Shown here: positions 17,402 through 27,614 of the stretch, in pieces | Layout: the number at the start of each line of letters is the position of its first letter | Position numbering within the stretch: the stretch's first letter is position 1 | Origin: an uncultured Chlamydiales bacterium | GTDB taxonomy: Bacteria > Chlamydiota > Chlamydiia > Chlamydiales > Rhabdochlamydiaceae | Length of the DNA stretch: 64,000 bases | Direction of reading: 5' to 3' | NCBI GenBank assembly: GCA_963700985.1 | Contig: OY969554.1 | Span: 544,001-608,000 of the forward strand | Notes under the pieces: generated by a model | The model's input: only the letters and a program-made list of their open reading frames with translations | Databases searched by the model: none | Told to the model about the DNA's origin: nothing | Translations under genes and position numbers: made by a program

Positions 17402-18380
17402 AACCTGGCTCTATGGCAAGAAATGTGGAAGGGTCAACATTCTGCGTATTCAGCGCGCGCCAAAGATCATAAGGTGGCTGGGCAGCTGGTTCATCCGATA
17501 AAGATGGAAAGGTCTTCCAATGCATGCCAAGGCTGAGAACCGAATTGACTTCTTTGTGGATCCGCACGGAGTCTTGTGGGTCGACGTGCACAGGCGCCAT
17601 AAATCGATAGGGAAGATAACTGCCAATAGGAATTAAGCTGAGGTCGATTTTCGCCCAGCGCTTGCCGATCGCTTTAAAATCCTGCGCATTATAACCCGTA
17701 TCACCCACGAAATAGAGTGTCTTTGCAGAAGTTCCTTCGGGATGGAATTCGACGACCCAGCCAGTCCAAAGTGTATGGTTCCGATCACGGCCGGTGCGCC
17801 CAGAAAAATGTTGAGCCGGAACGGCTGTGATTTTGAGTTTCATCTGTGGAAAAGAGAGTTCGGCTTCATCCCACCAGCCACACTCTTCGACGGCAGTGAC
17901 CTTTTGCCGCTCAAACCAGCGCTTGACCCCCGTGGGCACTAGCCATTTAATGTCAGGAAAGCGCTTTATTAACGCATGGACGGTCTTTTTATCGAGATGG
18001 TCATAGTGATCATGGCTAATCAAAACAAAGTCAATTTTGGGCAGTTCTTCGAGTTTTAACCCAGGAGGGTGTTGCCGTTTTGGACCAGCAAAATTAACCG
18101 GTGAACAGCGCGTGCTCCAGATTGGGTCGGTTAGAATATGCAAACCGCCGATCTTGATCAGATAGGTTGAATGGTTAATCCAGACTGCAGAGGGCTTGGA
18201 GTGATCGAAATTAAGCTCTGGTAGAGGAAATGAAAACCCTTCTGGAACAGGCATCTCAGGTTTTCTTGAGCCATAACGCCCAGATTTCCAACGCACCACG
18301 TCGAGCAGTGTGCGCTTATCCTCTTGGGTATGGGGATTAATAAAACGGCCGGCGCGTTTTGGACACGTGTCTTGTTTCAA
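17385..18380 (-). CDS. MBL-fold metallo-hydrolase (NAPE-PLD/RomA-like)
   Basis: WINHST, LTDPIW, SHDHYDHLD, PAQHFSGR, GDTGY, PIGSY, MHWKTF. Confidence 0.9.
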   Translation of the reverse strand: MKQDTCPKRAGRFINPHTQEDKRTLLDVVRWKSGRYGSRKPEMPVPEGFSFPLPELNFDHSKPSAVWINHSTYLIKIGGLHILTDPIWSTRCSPVNFAGPKRQHPPGLKLEELPKIDFVLISHDHYDHLDKKTVHALIKRFPDIKWLVPTGVKRWFERQKVTAVEECGWWDEAELSFPQMKLKITAVPAQHFSGRTGRDRNHTLWTGWVVEFHPEGTSAKTLYFVGDTGYNAQDFKAIGKRWAKIDLSLIPIGSYLPYRFMAPVHVDPQDSVRIHKEVNSVLSLGMHWKTFPSLSDEPAAQPPYDLWRALNTQNVDPSTFLAIEPGYEINW

Positions 18381-18416
18381 GGGACCACCTTTTTACTTAT
18401 GTATACATTAATTACT

Positions 18417-20045
18417 TTAAATCGTCATCGAAAGAGGTAAAGAATCCGTCAAAACAGGGTCACCAGAAAACTGGATGGGCCCCTGAAAACGGTAGTGATC
18501 TTCAGTCGCCCAATCTTCTCTAGCCTCTTGAAAATGCATAAAGACTTTACCCTGGAGATCGACTAGGGCTTTTTCAATCACGGGCTTGAGTTTTTCTTTT
18601 CTCTTCTCTAGATGCATCAGCATGGTAATGGGCACACCAGCTATTTCCCACTTTTCTACCGGAGAGGTCAAATTTAATACGGCAGCCATGTAACCGGTAT
18701 GCCCTGTGGAAATTAGAAGCGCAGCAGTGAAGCCTAAAGCCGTGCAATAGTTTGCATCAAAATTCGTAGGGAAGCCCGCTCGGCCTTCATAACCGAAAAA
18801 GTGTTGCACAGGCACAAACTTGCCTTTGTAACTCCCCTCTTTCTGCCTTTTTGCAAGCTCCTTCTTAACGAGTTGAATCAGTAAAAGCTCTGTTTCGATA
18901 AGCGAAACTTGCACATTGCCATGTGGATCGCGTTCTAAAAGCAGTTGATTTTGGATTCGTTCGGGCAGGCTTAAAAAACAGGTTTTGGAAAGCGGCGTAA
19001 GTTTTGCAGCCACAGTTTGCGGATCAGGCTTTTCGCCAAAAGAGGCTGCCCCAAGAGAGGCTGCTTGGGCATTGAGCTCTGCAATCAGAGTTTTCATGTC
19101 GGGAAGAAATTCGATTAAGCCCTCAGGAATCAGAATAACGCCAAAGTTTTTACCAACCTCTGCGCGTTTACAAATAAGTGTAGCGACCTCATTCACCACT
19201 TCGCCCAAGGTTTGATTCTTAGCCGCACACTCTTCGCCAATCAAGGTCAAATTGGGCTGAACAGCCAGCGCGCATTCGAGAGCGATGTGTGAGGCCGTAC
19301 GGCCCATTAATTTGATGAAGTGCGTGTATTTTCTGGCGGAGAGAGCATCTCTCGCGATATTACCGATCTGCTCGGCGTAGGTCTTGCAAGCCGTATCGAA
19401 ACCAAAAGGAATCTCGACGTACACGTTTTTCAGATCTCCATCAATCGTCTTCGGGACTCCGATGACTTTTGTCTGAGAGCCTTTGCTTAGAAAATATTCA
19501 GCTAGAACTGCGGCATTCGTATTGGAATCATCGCCGCCAATAATCACTAGACCGTCGAGCTTAAGCGTTTGAACTACATTTAAAGCGGCTTGCAGCTGCT
19601 CTGCTGTTTCAACTTTGACACGTCCCGATCCAATGAGATCAAATCCGCCCTGATTGCGATAGGGCAAAATGGCCTCAGCTGTTAGCTCTTTCTGTTTTCC
19701 CTCGATAATGCCGCTGGGGCCACCTAAAAAGCCGAAGAGTTTACTTTCAGGGTGCAGAGTTTTGAGCGCATCGAAAAGACCGGCAATGACATTGTGCCCA
19801 CCTGCGGCTTGACCGCCTGAAAAAACTACACCAATTCTGAGGGCTTTGTGACTATTTTTACCCGCTTTTTGCCCGACTAAAATAGGCTGAGCAAATGTAT
19901 GCGGAAAGAGTTCTTTAAGCGCCTGGATATCTTTAATCGGAGAAGAAGGTTTATCTTGTGAGAAAGCCACTTTTGAAAGATCTTTCAAAAGCATGGGCAG
20001 CCTAGGCTGCCACTCTTGACGTAGGCGCTGAAGCGGGGTTAACAA
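18417..20045 (-). CDS. pfp: Pyrophosphate-dependent phosphofructokinase
   Basis: SGGQAAGGHNVI, GGDDSNTNA (GGDD indicates PPi type), PKTIDGDL, MGRTASH. Confidence 0.93.
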   Translation of the reverse strand: MLTPLQRLRQEWQPRLPMLLKDLSKVAFSQDKPSSPIKDIQALKELFPHTFAQPILVGQKAGKNSHKALRIGVVFSGGQAAGGHNVIAGLFDALKTLHPESKLFGFLGGPSGIIEGKQKELTAEAILPYRNQGGFDLIGSGRVKVETAEQLQAALNVVQTLKLDGLVIIGGDDSNTNAAVLAEYFLSKGSQTKVIGVPKTIDGDLKNVYVEIPFGFDTACKTYAEQIGNIARDALSARKYTHFIKLMGRTASHIALECALAVQPNLTLIGEECAAKNQTLGEVVNEVATLICKRAEVGKNFGVILIPEGLIEFLPDMKTLIAELNAQAASLGAASFGEKPDPQTVAAKLTPLSKTCFLSLPERIQNQLLLERDPHGNVQVSLIETELLLIQLVKKELAKRQKEGSYKGKFVPVQHFFGYEGRAGFPTNFDANYCTALGFTAALLISTGHTGYMAAVLNLTSPVEKWEIAGVPITMLMHLEKRKEKLKPVIEKALVDLQGKVFMHFQEAREDWATEDHYRFQGPIQFSGDPVLTDSLPLSMTI

Positions 20046-21445
20046 GCCGGCAGGTTCACTGACACAGCCACCGCCAGGCCCCCTTCGGATGTCTCTTTGT
20101 AAATGCTCTTCATATCATTCCCAGTATTGCGCATGGCCAAAATCACTTCGTCTAAAGAGACGCGGTGCGTGCCATCACCATGCATGGCGAGCCTTGAAGC
20201 ATTAATTGCCTTAATCGCGCCCATCGTGTTGCGTTCAATACATGGTACCTGTACCAAACCTGCAACTGGATCGCAAGTAAGACCGAGGTTATGCTCCATG
20301 CCAATCTCAGCTGCATTTTCGATTTGTGCGTTCGTTCCACCCAGGGCTGCAGTAAGGCCAGCGGCAGCCATAGAACAAGCCACGCCCACCTCGCCTTGAC
20401 AACCCATCTCCGCTCCGGAAAGCGAAGCGCCTTCTTTGTAGAGAATTCCAATGGCTGTGGCAGTGAGGAAAAATCGCTTAATCCCCTCTTCTGAAGGCTG
20501 AGAGGTGAAGTTTTGATAATAGTGCAAGACGGCTGGAATAATGCCTGAAGCGCCATTGGTAGGTGCAGTGACTACTCTTCCCCCTGCAGCATTCTCTTCG
20601 TTCACGGCGAGTGCATAAAGACTTACCCAGTCAAAAATTTCCGACGGATCGTTAATAAGATCAGCGCCGTTTTTAGAAAGCTCGCGATACAAATTGGCAG
20701 CACGACGCTTAACTTCAAGCCCGCCTGGTAGAATGCCCTCTTGGACACAACCGCGTTTTACGCAATCTTGCATCACATTCCAGATCTTAAAAATGCCTGC
20801 ATAGATTTCTGATTCGTTGCGCCAGCTCTTCTCATTTTCGAGCACGAGCTCATAGATCATCTTGTCGGTTTGTTTGCAGTGTTCAAGCAGTTCAGCTGCT
20901 GTTCTAAATGGATAAGGCACGGAAGATTCTTCGTCAGAAGCTACGCTTTCGGTTTTAAAAGCTTGCTCATGCGTAACTACGAAGCCTCCGCCTGTAGAGT
21001 AGTAGATAGTTGAAGAGAGTTCTTTGCCTGCGATGTCTTTTGCAATAAAACGCATAGCATTAGGGTGAAAAGGAAGACTTTTACCCTTATGAAAGATGAG
21101 ATGCTGCTGCATGGTAAAGGGAATGCGCGCTTTACCGAGCACACGTAAGAAACCGCTCTTTTCTATCCGCGATAGAATCTCAGCAATCTGACTTGGATCT
21201 ATCTCCTCAGGCTTATAACCCTCAAGGCCAAGAATCGTGGCGATATCGGTGGCATGACCAGTTCCTGTCATAGCCAATGAGCCAAAAAGTTCAACTGTAA
21301 TTGAACCGAGTTCTTCTAAATCACCGAGTTGTGTAACGAATTGACGTGCTGCCCGCATGGGGCCGACTGTGTGTGAGCTTGAAGGACCGATTCCAATCGA
21401 GAAAAGCTGAAATAGACTTACTGGTGTTGCAACACTAATTGCCAT
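20039..21445 (-). CDS. sdaA: L-serine ammonia-lyase (Fe-S, single chain)
   Basis: [48 protein letters not shown]. Confidence 0.96.
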   Translation of the reverse strand: MAISVATPVSLFQLFSIGIGPSSSHTVGPMRAARQFVTQLGDLEELGSITVELFGSLAMTGTGHATDIATILGLEGYKPEEIDPSQIAEILSRIEKSGFLRVLGKARIPFTMQQHLIFHKGKSLPFHPNAMRFIAKDIAGKELSSTIYYSTGGGFVVTHEQAFKTESVASDEESSVPYPFRTAAELLEHCKQTDKMIYELVLENEKSWRNESEIYAGIFKIWNVMQDCVKRGCVQEGILPGGLEVKRRAANLYRELSKNGADLINDPSEIFDWVSLYALAVNEENAAGGRVVTAPTNGASGIIPAVLHYYQNFTSQPSEEGIKRFFLTATAIGILYKEGASLSGAEMGCQGEVGVACSMAAAGLTAALGGTNAQIENAAEIGMEHNLGLTCDPVAGLVQVPCIERNTMGAIKAINASRLAMHGDGTHRVSLDEVILAMRNTGNDMKSIYKETSEGGLAVAVSVNLPAC

Positions 21446-21585
21446 TTATAAACCCCTATTTGATCTGGTAGGTTCACTCTCTTATCTATAGGTTTTAATG
21501 GTTTATAAATTTGCCTGCAACTGAAAAGTAGGCGGAATTAAAAAAATATGTTATATATTAAATTATTCATACGGAGATTTTCTAT

Positions 21586-21966
21586 ATGGTCGGCAGAGTT
21601 CCTCCTAGTGATTGGGGATCGATTCACGGACCCAGCGGCTTTGAAAAAGTTGCACCTGAAGCCATTGCCAAAGCGCGCGATATTGAAGCACACGTCAATA
21701 AAGTGGCTGATCTGATTGCAGAGGAAACCAATGGAGCGCGTCAAGACGTGATCAGACCTCAACTCAATGAAGAGTTCAGGACGATCGGCAATGATATCGA
21801 CGCCCTAAAAAAAATGATTCCAGCTTATGCACCAGTATTAGATCACCTTGATGCAGAATTTCAATATCTAAGCACACACCAAGATACCTTTAATGCCGAC
21901 CAGGTCACCGAGTTTGGCGTGATTTCCAGCCGACTCGTCGATGAACTTAATAACTTAGGCGGATGA
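21586..21966 (+). CDS. Hypothetical helical protein
   Basis: GGAG RBS; 126 aa; a paralogous relic follows. Confidence 0.65.
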   Translation: MVGRVPPSDWGSIHGPSGFEKVAPEAIAKARDIEAHVNKVADLIAEETNGARQDVIRPQLNEEFRTIGNDIDALKKMIPAYAPVLDHLDAEFQYLSTHQDTFNADQVTEFGVISSRLVDELNNLGG

Positions 21967-21971
21967 TAAAG

Positions 21972-22144
21972 ATGCAAGTAGGAACGTACCCCCACCAGCC
22001 GGCAGCGGCCCAGTTTATGGCCCTCAAGGCTCCGGACCCATCCCGCCCGAAGCGCGTGAATGCGCAGAGAAGATAGCCAGACAATTACTTGAATTAAGCG
22101 ATTTGTTTAGTAAATACGCAGATGCAAAGGATCCTGCTACTTAG
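21972..22144 (+). pseudogene. Frameshifted, truncated paralogue of 21586-21966
   Basis: Frame lacking an in-frame ATG reads NVPPPAGSGPVYGPQGSGPIPPEARECAEKIARQLLELSDLF, aligning with RVPPSDWGSIHGPSGFEKVAPEAIAKARDIEAHVNKVADLI; ATG 21972 is one base out of frame. Confidence 0.6.
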
Positions 22145-22195
22145 ATAGCAGGCCTGCTCTTGGGCCAGTTGGGCGGCTAAGGCTTCAGCTTGGAT

Positions 22196-22229
22196 CAAAA
22201 GCACTGATATTTTTCGATCAGTGCTTTTG
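22196..22229. terminator. Inverted repeat / intrinsic terminator
   Basis: CAAAAGCACTGAT / ATCAGTGCTTTTG perfect 13-bp stem. Confidence 0.65.
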
Positions 22230-22346
22230 TCCACTTCGTCCATTATGTTTAACTCACTAACTCAAAAGCACTTACATTAAATTATTGAATTATGTCCATT
22301 TGAGTGGTTATAATAAGGGGATATCCAAGCCATAGAATTGGTGTTT

Positions 22347-23675
22347 ATGTTTAGATCGTTGGAAAAAGAACTCCGGATTTGGAAAGATAGTTCTCCCCGT
22401 TTCCCTCTACTTCTGCGCGGTGCAAGACAAGTTGGCAAGACTTACCTTGTAGAGGAATTTGGGAAAACTGCCTTCCCATCTTTTGCCTCAGTTAATTTTG
22501 AAGCGCAACCAGAAGCAATTGCTTGTTTTGAATCTCTCGACCCAGAGGAGATTCTGCTTCGTCTTCAAATTATCCTGAAACAATCTATTCAACCTGGAAA
22601 AACGCTTCTTTTTCTAGATGAGATCCAAGCATGTCCTCAAGCCATCTTGGCCCTACGCTATTTCAAAGAAAAGCTGCCTGCTCTGCATGTTATTGGGGCA
22701 GGATCGCTTTTAGAATTTGCTTTATCCCAAGGAAAATTCTCCTTCCCTGTTGGACGCGTACAATTCATCTACCTCAAACCACTCTCATTTCAAGAATATG
22801 CGCTCGCTCGGGGTAAATCACAGGCCGTAGCTGAGTTAGCCCAGTGTACAATTAAATCACCACCTAGCCAAGAGTTGCATCAAGAAATGATGAGGCTAAC
22901 AAAGGAATATTTCCTTGTGGGTGGGATGCCAGCTGCCGTATCAGGTTTTTGTCAAAATCTCTCATTACAAGAGTCTGGTTATATTCACGACATTCTCCTA
23001 TCTACTTATCGAGCCGATTTCTCCAAATACGCCACTCCAATTGGACAGAAACATCAGAAAACTGTTTTTGACGGAGTCTTTCCACTGATTGGACAGCAGT
23101 TCAAATACTCAAAAATTGACTCACACATGCGCTCTCGCGAATTGAAGTCAGCTCTAGATCATCTAGAGTGGGCAGGGTTAATACATCCCGTTTACGCCTC
23201 TTCTGCGGCTGGCTTACCACTTTCAACCCAAGTCAAACGCACACAGTTTAAGGTCTTATTTCTCGATATAGGGCTTGCTCAACACGCGCTGCAAACAGAT
23301 CCTGAAGTCGTCTTCAAAGAAGATCTTATTCTAATCAATCGCGGTGCGATTGCTGAACAATTTGTCGGCCAAGAACTTCTCGCTTATACTAATCCTCGCC
23401 AAGAGGGACAACTCTTTTTTTGGCAGCGTGAAAAGCGAGGAAGTGATGCAGAAGTTGACTATCTTCTTGCAATAGATAAGCTAATCATTCCAATTGAAGT
23501 GAAGGCAGGCCCTTATGGAAAACTTAAATCCCTGCATGAATTTATGAGAGAAAAACAATCGCCGCTTGGCGTCCATATCTCTCAGAACCCATTGTCTTTT
23601 GAAAATGGAGTTCTCTCGTTGCCTCTCTATCTCATTGCTCAATTACCACGTCTCATAAACCAATTGACACCCTGA
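22347..23675 (+). CDS. AAA-family ATPase with DUF4143 / PD-(D/E)XK-like C-terminus
   Basis: GARQVGKT Walker A, LFLDEIQ Walker B, GGMP, EVDY...IPIEVK. Confidence 0.9.
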   Translation: MFRSLEKELRIWKDSSPRFPLLLRGARQVGKTYLVEEFGKTAFPSFASVNFEAQPEAIACFESLDPEEILLRLQIILKQSIQPGKTLLFLDEIQACPQAILALRYFKEKLPALHVIGAGSLLEFALSQGKFSFPVGRVQFIYLKPLSFQEYALARGKSQAVAELAQCTIKSPPSQELHQEMMRLTKEYFLVGGMPAAVSGFCQNLSLQESGYIHDILLSTYRADFSKYATPIGQKHQKTVFDGVFPLIGQQFKYSKIDSHMRSRELKSALDHLEWAGLIHPVYASSAAGLPLSTQVKRTQFKVLFLDIGLAQHALQTDPEVVFKEDLILINRGAIAEQFVGQELLAYTNPRQEGQLFFWQREKRGSDAEVDYLLAIDKLIIPIEVKAGPYGKLKSLHEFMREKQSPLGVHISQNPLSFENGVLSLPLYLIAQLPRLINQLTP

Positions 23676-23746
23676 AAAAATGACCTCTTCAGTCCACCCT
23701 TAATTCATCTCACCCTCTTTCTGAAAAATTAAATTTATGAGATTTT

Positions 23747-24064
23747 ATGACTGTAAACACAGTAACAGCTCCAGCCAAAGGAGCCCTTTATAATACGAAT
23801 TGCACTCCGCATGAACTGGTGATGACCTTTGAGGGGGATAAGCCTAAGTTTCAATATATGCGCATCCAACAAGAGCTAATTAGATTTGGCATTACTATTC
23901 CCGGTGGGCTTGAAAAGCAGTTTGACGGCAGGCAAGTCGTCGCCTATCCTAGCGAAGACAGAAACCCTAAATCCGAAGACTTCAGCCGATTTAAATCAGC
24001 TTTTTGTGATGTATATGTGCCGATGAAACTGAAGGGTTACGCGTTCAAACTTGAATGTAATTAA
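23747..24064 (+). CDS. Hypothetical protein
   Basis: 105-aa ORF with plausible RBS; no family recognised. Confidence 0.55.
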   Translation: MTVNTVTAPAKGALYNTNCTPHELVMTFEGDKPKFQYMRIQQELIRFGITIPGGLEKQFDGRQVVAYPSEDRNPKSEDFSRFKSAFCDVYVPMKLKGYAFKLECN

Positions 24065-24244
24065 TTAACTGAATTTTTTATTATTCTAACAAACAAATCA
24101 GCATAAAATATAATCAAATTTAAGCACTAAATAATTAAAAATATTTTTAATCTGCTCGCTATAAAATTCCATTATGAGTCGGAAGTTGATTTTTGCTCGA
24201 TTCTTGCGTTTTATTTTTTAGAGACCTATACTCGGCTTTAACTT

Positions 24245-25867
24245 ATGCAAACAAAATACATTTTTATCAGCGGCGGAGTGGTCTCCTCTTTAGGGAAAGG
24301 CCTAACCTCAGCCTCAATCGCAATGCTTCTAGAGAGCCGCGGCCTTAAGGTTGCCATGCTCAAGCTGGACCCCTACCTAAACGTAGATCCAGGCACGATG
24401 AACCCCTTTCAGCATGGCGAAGTCTATGTTACCGATGATGGCGCTGAAACTGACCTCGATCTCGGACACTATTTCCGTTATACAAATGCCGATCTTACGC
24501 GTGCTTCAAATGCAACTTCAGGTCAAATTTACGAGTCCGTGATCAAGCGCGAACGCCGTGGCGACTATCTCGGTAAAACTGTACAAGTAATTCCGCATGT
24601 CACCGATGAGATCAAACAGCGCATCTTAAATGCTTCTACTCATCAATTACTAACCGATGTAGTGCTTGTCGAGATTGGCGGCACCGTAGGCGATATCGAG
24701 TCGCTGCCCTTCTTCGAAGCGATTCGTCAATTTCGCTATGAGCGTCCAAAAGATTGCCTAAACATCCACCTCACTTATATCCCCTATCTTAAAGCGGCGG
24801 GTGAAGTGAAAACTAAACCAACGCAACACTCGGTTCAGACTCTGCGTGGCATCGGCATTATTCCAGACATCATCCTTTGCCGTTGTGAAGAGAGCTTGAG
24901 CGAAGAGAACAAAGACAAGATCAGCCTTTTTTGCAGCGTCCCTCGAGAAGGCGTGATGGACGAAGTCGACGTAAAGTTCAGCATCTACGAAGTTCCTTTA
25001 AGCCTTCACCAGCAAGGTTTGGATAGCAAGCTCTGCCAAATGCTAGATCTACCCAATACCCCTGCTGACCTCTCCAAATGGGAGAATATGGTCGAGCGCA
25101 TGCGCGCGCCTAAGGGAAAAGTAGTCGTTGGCATCGTAGGCAAATATTTACAGCACCAGGATGCTTACAAATCGGTCTTTGAAGCGCTGCATCACGGAGC
25201 TATCGCAAATGACGTCGAGATCGAGATTCGCCGTTTTGAATCGGATAAGATCCTCGGCGCAGACGATGTCGAAGCGGCCATCAGCGGCTGCGACGGCTAT
25301 CTAGTTCCTGGAGGATTCGGTGAACGCGGCTGGATCGGCAAGATCATGACTGCCAAGCATTGCCGAGAAAATAAGATCCCTTTCTTCGGTCTCTGTCTCG
25401 GCATGCAGATTATGTGCATAGAATTTGCCAGACACGTACTGGGCTATAAAGATGCTAACTCCACTGAAGTCGATCCAAACACCCCGCATCCCGTGATTTC
25501 GCTTTTAAGCGAACAGAAAGACGTTGAGAACCTCGGCGGCACAATGCGCCTTGGCGCATACAACTGCCTGGTCAAAAAGGGCTCAAAAGCCGAAAAAGCT
25601 TATGGCAAAACACTCATCTCTGAGCGTCACCGCCACAGATGGGAGTTCAATAACATCTTTAAAGATGAGTGCGAAAAGCAAGGGCTTCAGCTCTCTGGTG
25701 TATTGGAAAATAGCCGCCTGTGCGAAATCGCTGAGGTGCAGAACCATCCTTGGATGATCGGCGTACAGTTCCATCCTGAATTCAAATCAAAACCAACCGA
25801 TCCTCATCCGCTCTTTCGTGACTTTGTCAAAGCCATGATTGAACACCGCACGGCGCAGGGCAAATAA
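24245..25867 (+). CDS. pyrG: CTP synthase
   Basis: GGVVSSLGKG, DPYLNVDPGTM, KTKPTQHS, GLCLGMQ, ERHRHR, QFHPE. Confidence 0.98.
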   Translation: MQTKYIFISGGVVSSLGKGLTSASIAMLLESRGLKVAMLKLDPYLNVDPGTMNPFQHGEVYVTDDGAETDLDLGHYFRYTNADLTRASNATSGQIYESVIKRERRGDYLGKTVQVIPHVTDEIKQRILNASTHQLLTDVVLVEIGGTVGDIESLPFFEAIRQFRYERPKDCLNIHLTYIPYLKAAGEVKTKPTQHSVQTLRGIGIIPDIILCRCEESLSEENKDKISLFCSVPREGVMDEVDVKFSIYEVPLSLHQQGLDSKLCQMLDLPNTPADLSKWENMVERMRAPKGKVVVGIVGKYLQHQDAYKSVFEALHHGAIANDVEIEIRRFESDKILGADDVEAAISGCDGYLVPGGFGERGWIGKIMTAKHCRENKIPFFGLCLGMQIMCIEFARHVLGYKDANSTEVDPNTPHPVISLLSEQKDVENLGGTMRLGAYNCLVKKGSKAEKAYGKTLISERHRHRWEFNNIFKDECEKQGLQLSGVLENSRLCEIAEVQNHPWMIGVQFHPEFKSKPTDPHPLFRDFVKAMIEHRTAQGK

Positions 25868-25868
25868 T

Positions 25869-26312
25869 TTGGCGCGCATTGCTGCATTAGATTTCGGCAT
25901 GGCACGCATCGGGCTTGCAGTTTCCGATGAAAGACAGATGATCGCGCTTCCACGCGACCCTATTTTAGCTCAAAAAACTCTCGAACAAACAGCTCTGCAC
26001 GTTTGGAATCATCTCAAACCGCTTGGCCCCTTCGAATCGATCATCATCGGCCTTCCGCTCTTTTTAAATGGCAAAGAAAGCCCCATGTCTGAGCAAGTGC
26101 GTCGTTTTGCCGAGCTCTTAAAACAGCACGCCAATCTACCAGTTATGCTTCTTGACGAGCGCATGACTACCGCCATGGGAGAACGCATGCTAAAAGACAA
26201 CGATGTGAAACAAAAACAGCGCAAAAAAGTCATCGACGGCATCTCGGCCACCATCCTTCTGCAAAACCACCTCGATTCTAAAAGTCTCCCTCCCATCCCC
26301 TCTTTTTCCTAA
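25869..26312 (+). CDS. ruvX: Pre-16S rRNA nuclease / Holliday junction resolvase-like YqgF
   Basis: ALDFGMARIGLAVSD, GLP, DERMTT, IDGISATILLQ; TTG start just after pyrG stop. Confidence 0.92.
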   Translation: MARIAALDFGMARIGLAVSDERQMIALPRDPILAQKTLEQTALHVWNHLKPLGPFESIIIGLPLFLNGKESPMSEQVRRFAELLKQHANLPVMLLDERMTTAMGERMLKDNDVKQKQRKKVIDGISATILLQNHLDSKSLPPIPSFS

Positions 26313-26408
26313 TATTTCTTCTTAAAATCTTTACCGTTACACCTTCTAAAGCTTTAGCATTTGTGCAATATCAAAAATGATGTAACGTAAAATTTTTAAG
26401 GATTATTT

Positions 26409-27602
26409 ATGAAGCCTGGCAAACCACGCATTCTGACAATTAACGGCGGCTCATCGAGTATCAAGTTTGCACTCTTTGAAGTAGATGGCGTTCTGAATAG
26501 GATTTTAGAAGGTGGGATCGACCGAATTGGATTATCTGAGCCCACCTTGAAATTGAAAGGCGTGAATCAGGCGGATAACTTTTCAAAGATCGTTACGGCG
26601 CCAGATCACATGGCGGCGGTAAGCGCTTTGATTGATTGGCTCGAGCAGCGCATTGGAATCGACACATTAACTGCAATTGGCCACCGTGTGGTGCATGGCG
26701 GGCCAAAGTATAGCCGGCCGCAGCGCATCACAGCTGAAATGATTGAAGAGCTGCGCCAACTCAGCGCGTTCGATCCAGAGCATTTACCGGAAGAAATCCA
26801 GCTCACAGAAGCATTTCATCAAAGGTTCCCCAATCTCCCCCAAATTGCCTGTTTCGATACCGCTTTTCACCATGATCTGCCCCGTGTAGCACAATTGCTA
26901 CCCATTCCGCGCCACTATGAAGCACTCGGAGTTCGGCGGTATGGATTTCACGGGTTATCCTATGAATATCTGATGGGAGAACTCTCAAGACTAGCAGGGC
27001 CAGAAGCAGCGCAAGGGCGCGTTATTCTAGCCCACCTCGGTAATGGCGCAAGTTTAGCAGCGGTGCATCAAGGAAAATCAGTAGATACCAGCATGAGTTT
27101 CACGCCCACAGCTGGCATCCCAATGAGCACGCGCACAGGTGATCTCGATCCAGGTTTAGTCTGGTATCTGGCAAAAACTGAGGGATTCGATGCTAAACGC
27201 TTCTATGAGATGGCCAACTTCAAATCTGGGCTGCTGGGTGTCTCTGAAACGAGCTCCGACATGCAAGATCTGCTCAAGCTCGAAACAAAGGATGTGCGTG
27301 CAGCCGAAGCGGTTGAGCTCTTTTGTTATCAGGTTAAAAAATGGATCGGCGCCTTTGCTGCAGCACTTTGCGGAGTGGACACTCTAGTGTTTGCCGGCGG
27401 TATCGGGGAAAATGCTCCATTGGTGCGAGCCCGAATTTGCCAGGGTTTAAAATTCCTCGGAATTGAAATCGATGACAAGCGAAATACAACAAATAGGGGC
27501 GTGATCTCTTTAGCAAATAGCAAAGTTGCTGTGCATGTAATTCACACGGATGAAGAATGGATGATTGCCAAAACGATTTGTCGAGTTCTAGGTATTAATT
27601 AA
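26409..27602 (+). CDS. ackA: Acetate/propionate kinase
   Basis: INGGSSSIKFA, GHRVVHGG, FDTAFH, RRYGFHGLS, HLGNGAS, FAGGIGEN, TDEE. Confidence 0.96.
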   Translation: MKPGKPRILTINGGSSSIKFALFEVDGVLNRILEGGIDRIGLSEPTLKLKGVNQADNFSKIVTAPDHMAAVSALIDWLEQRIGIDTLTAIGHRVVHGGPKYSRPQRITAEMIEELRQLSAFDPEHLPEEIQLTEAFHQRFPNLPQIACFDTAFHHDLPRVAQLLPIPRHYEALGVRRYGFHGLSYEYLMGELSRLAGPEAAQGRVILAHLGNGASLAAVHQGKSVDTSMSFTPTAGIPMSTRTGDLDPGLVWYLAKTEGFDAKRFYEMANFKSGLLGVSETSSDMQDLLKLETKDVRAAEAVELFCYQVKKWIGAFAAALCGVDTLVFAGGIGENAPLVRARICQGLKFLGIEIDDKRNTTNRGVISLANSKVAVHVIHTDEEWMIAKTICRVLGIN

Positions 27603-27614
27603 AAAAAAAGAAAT

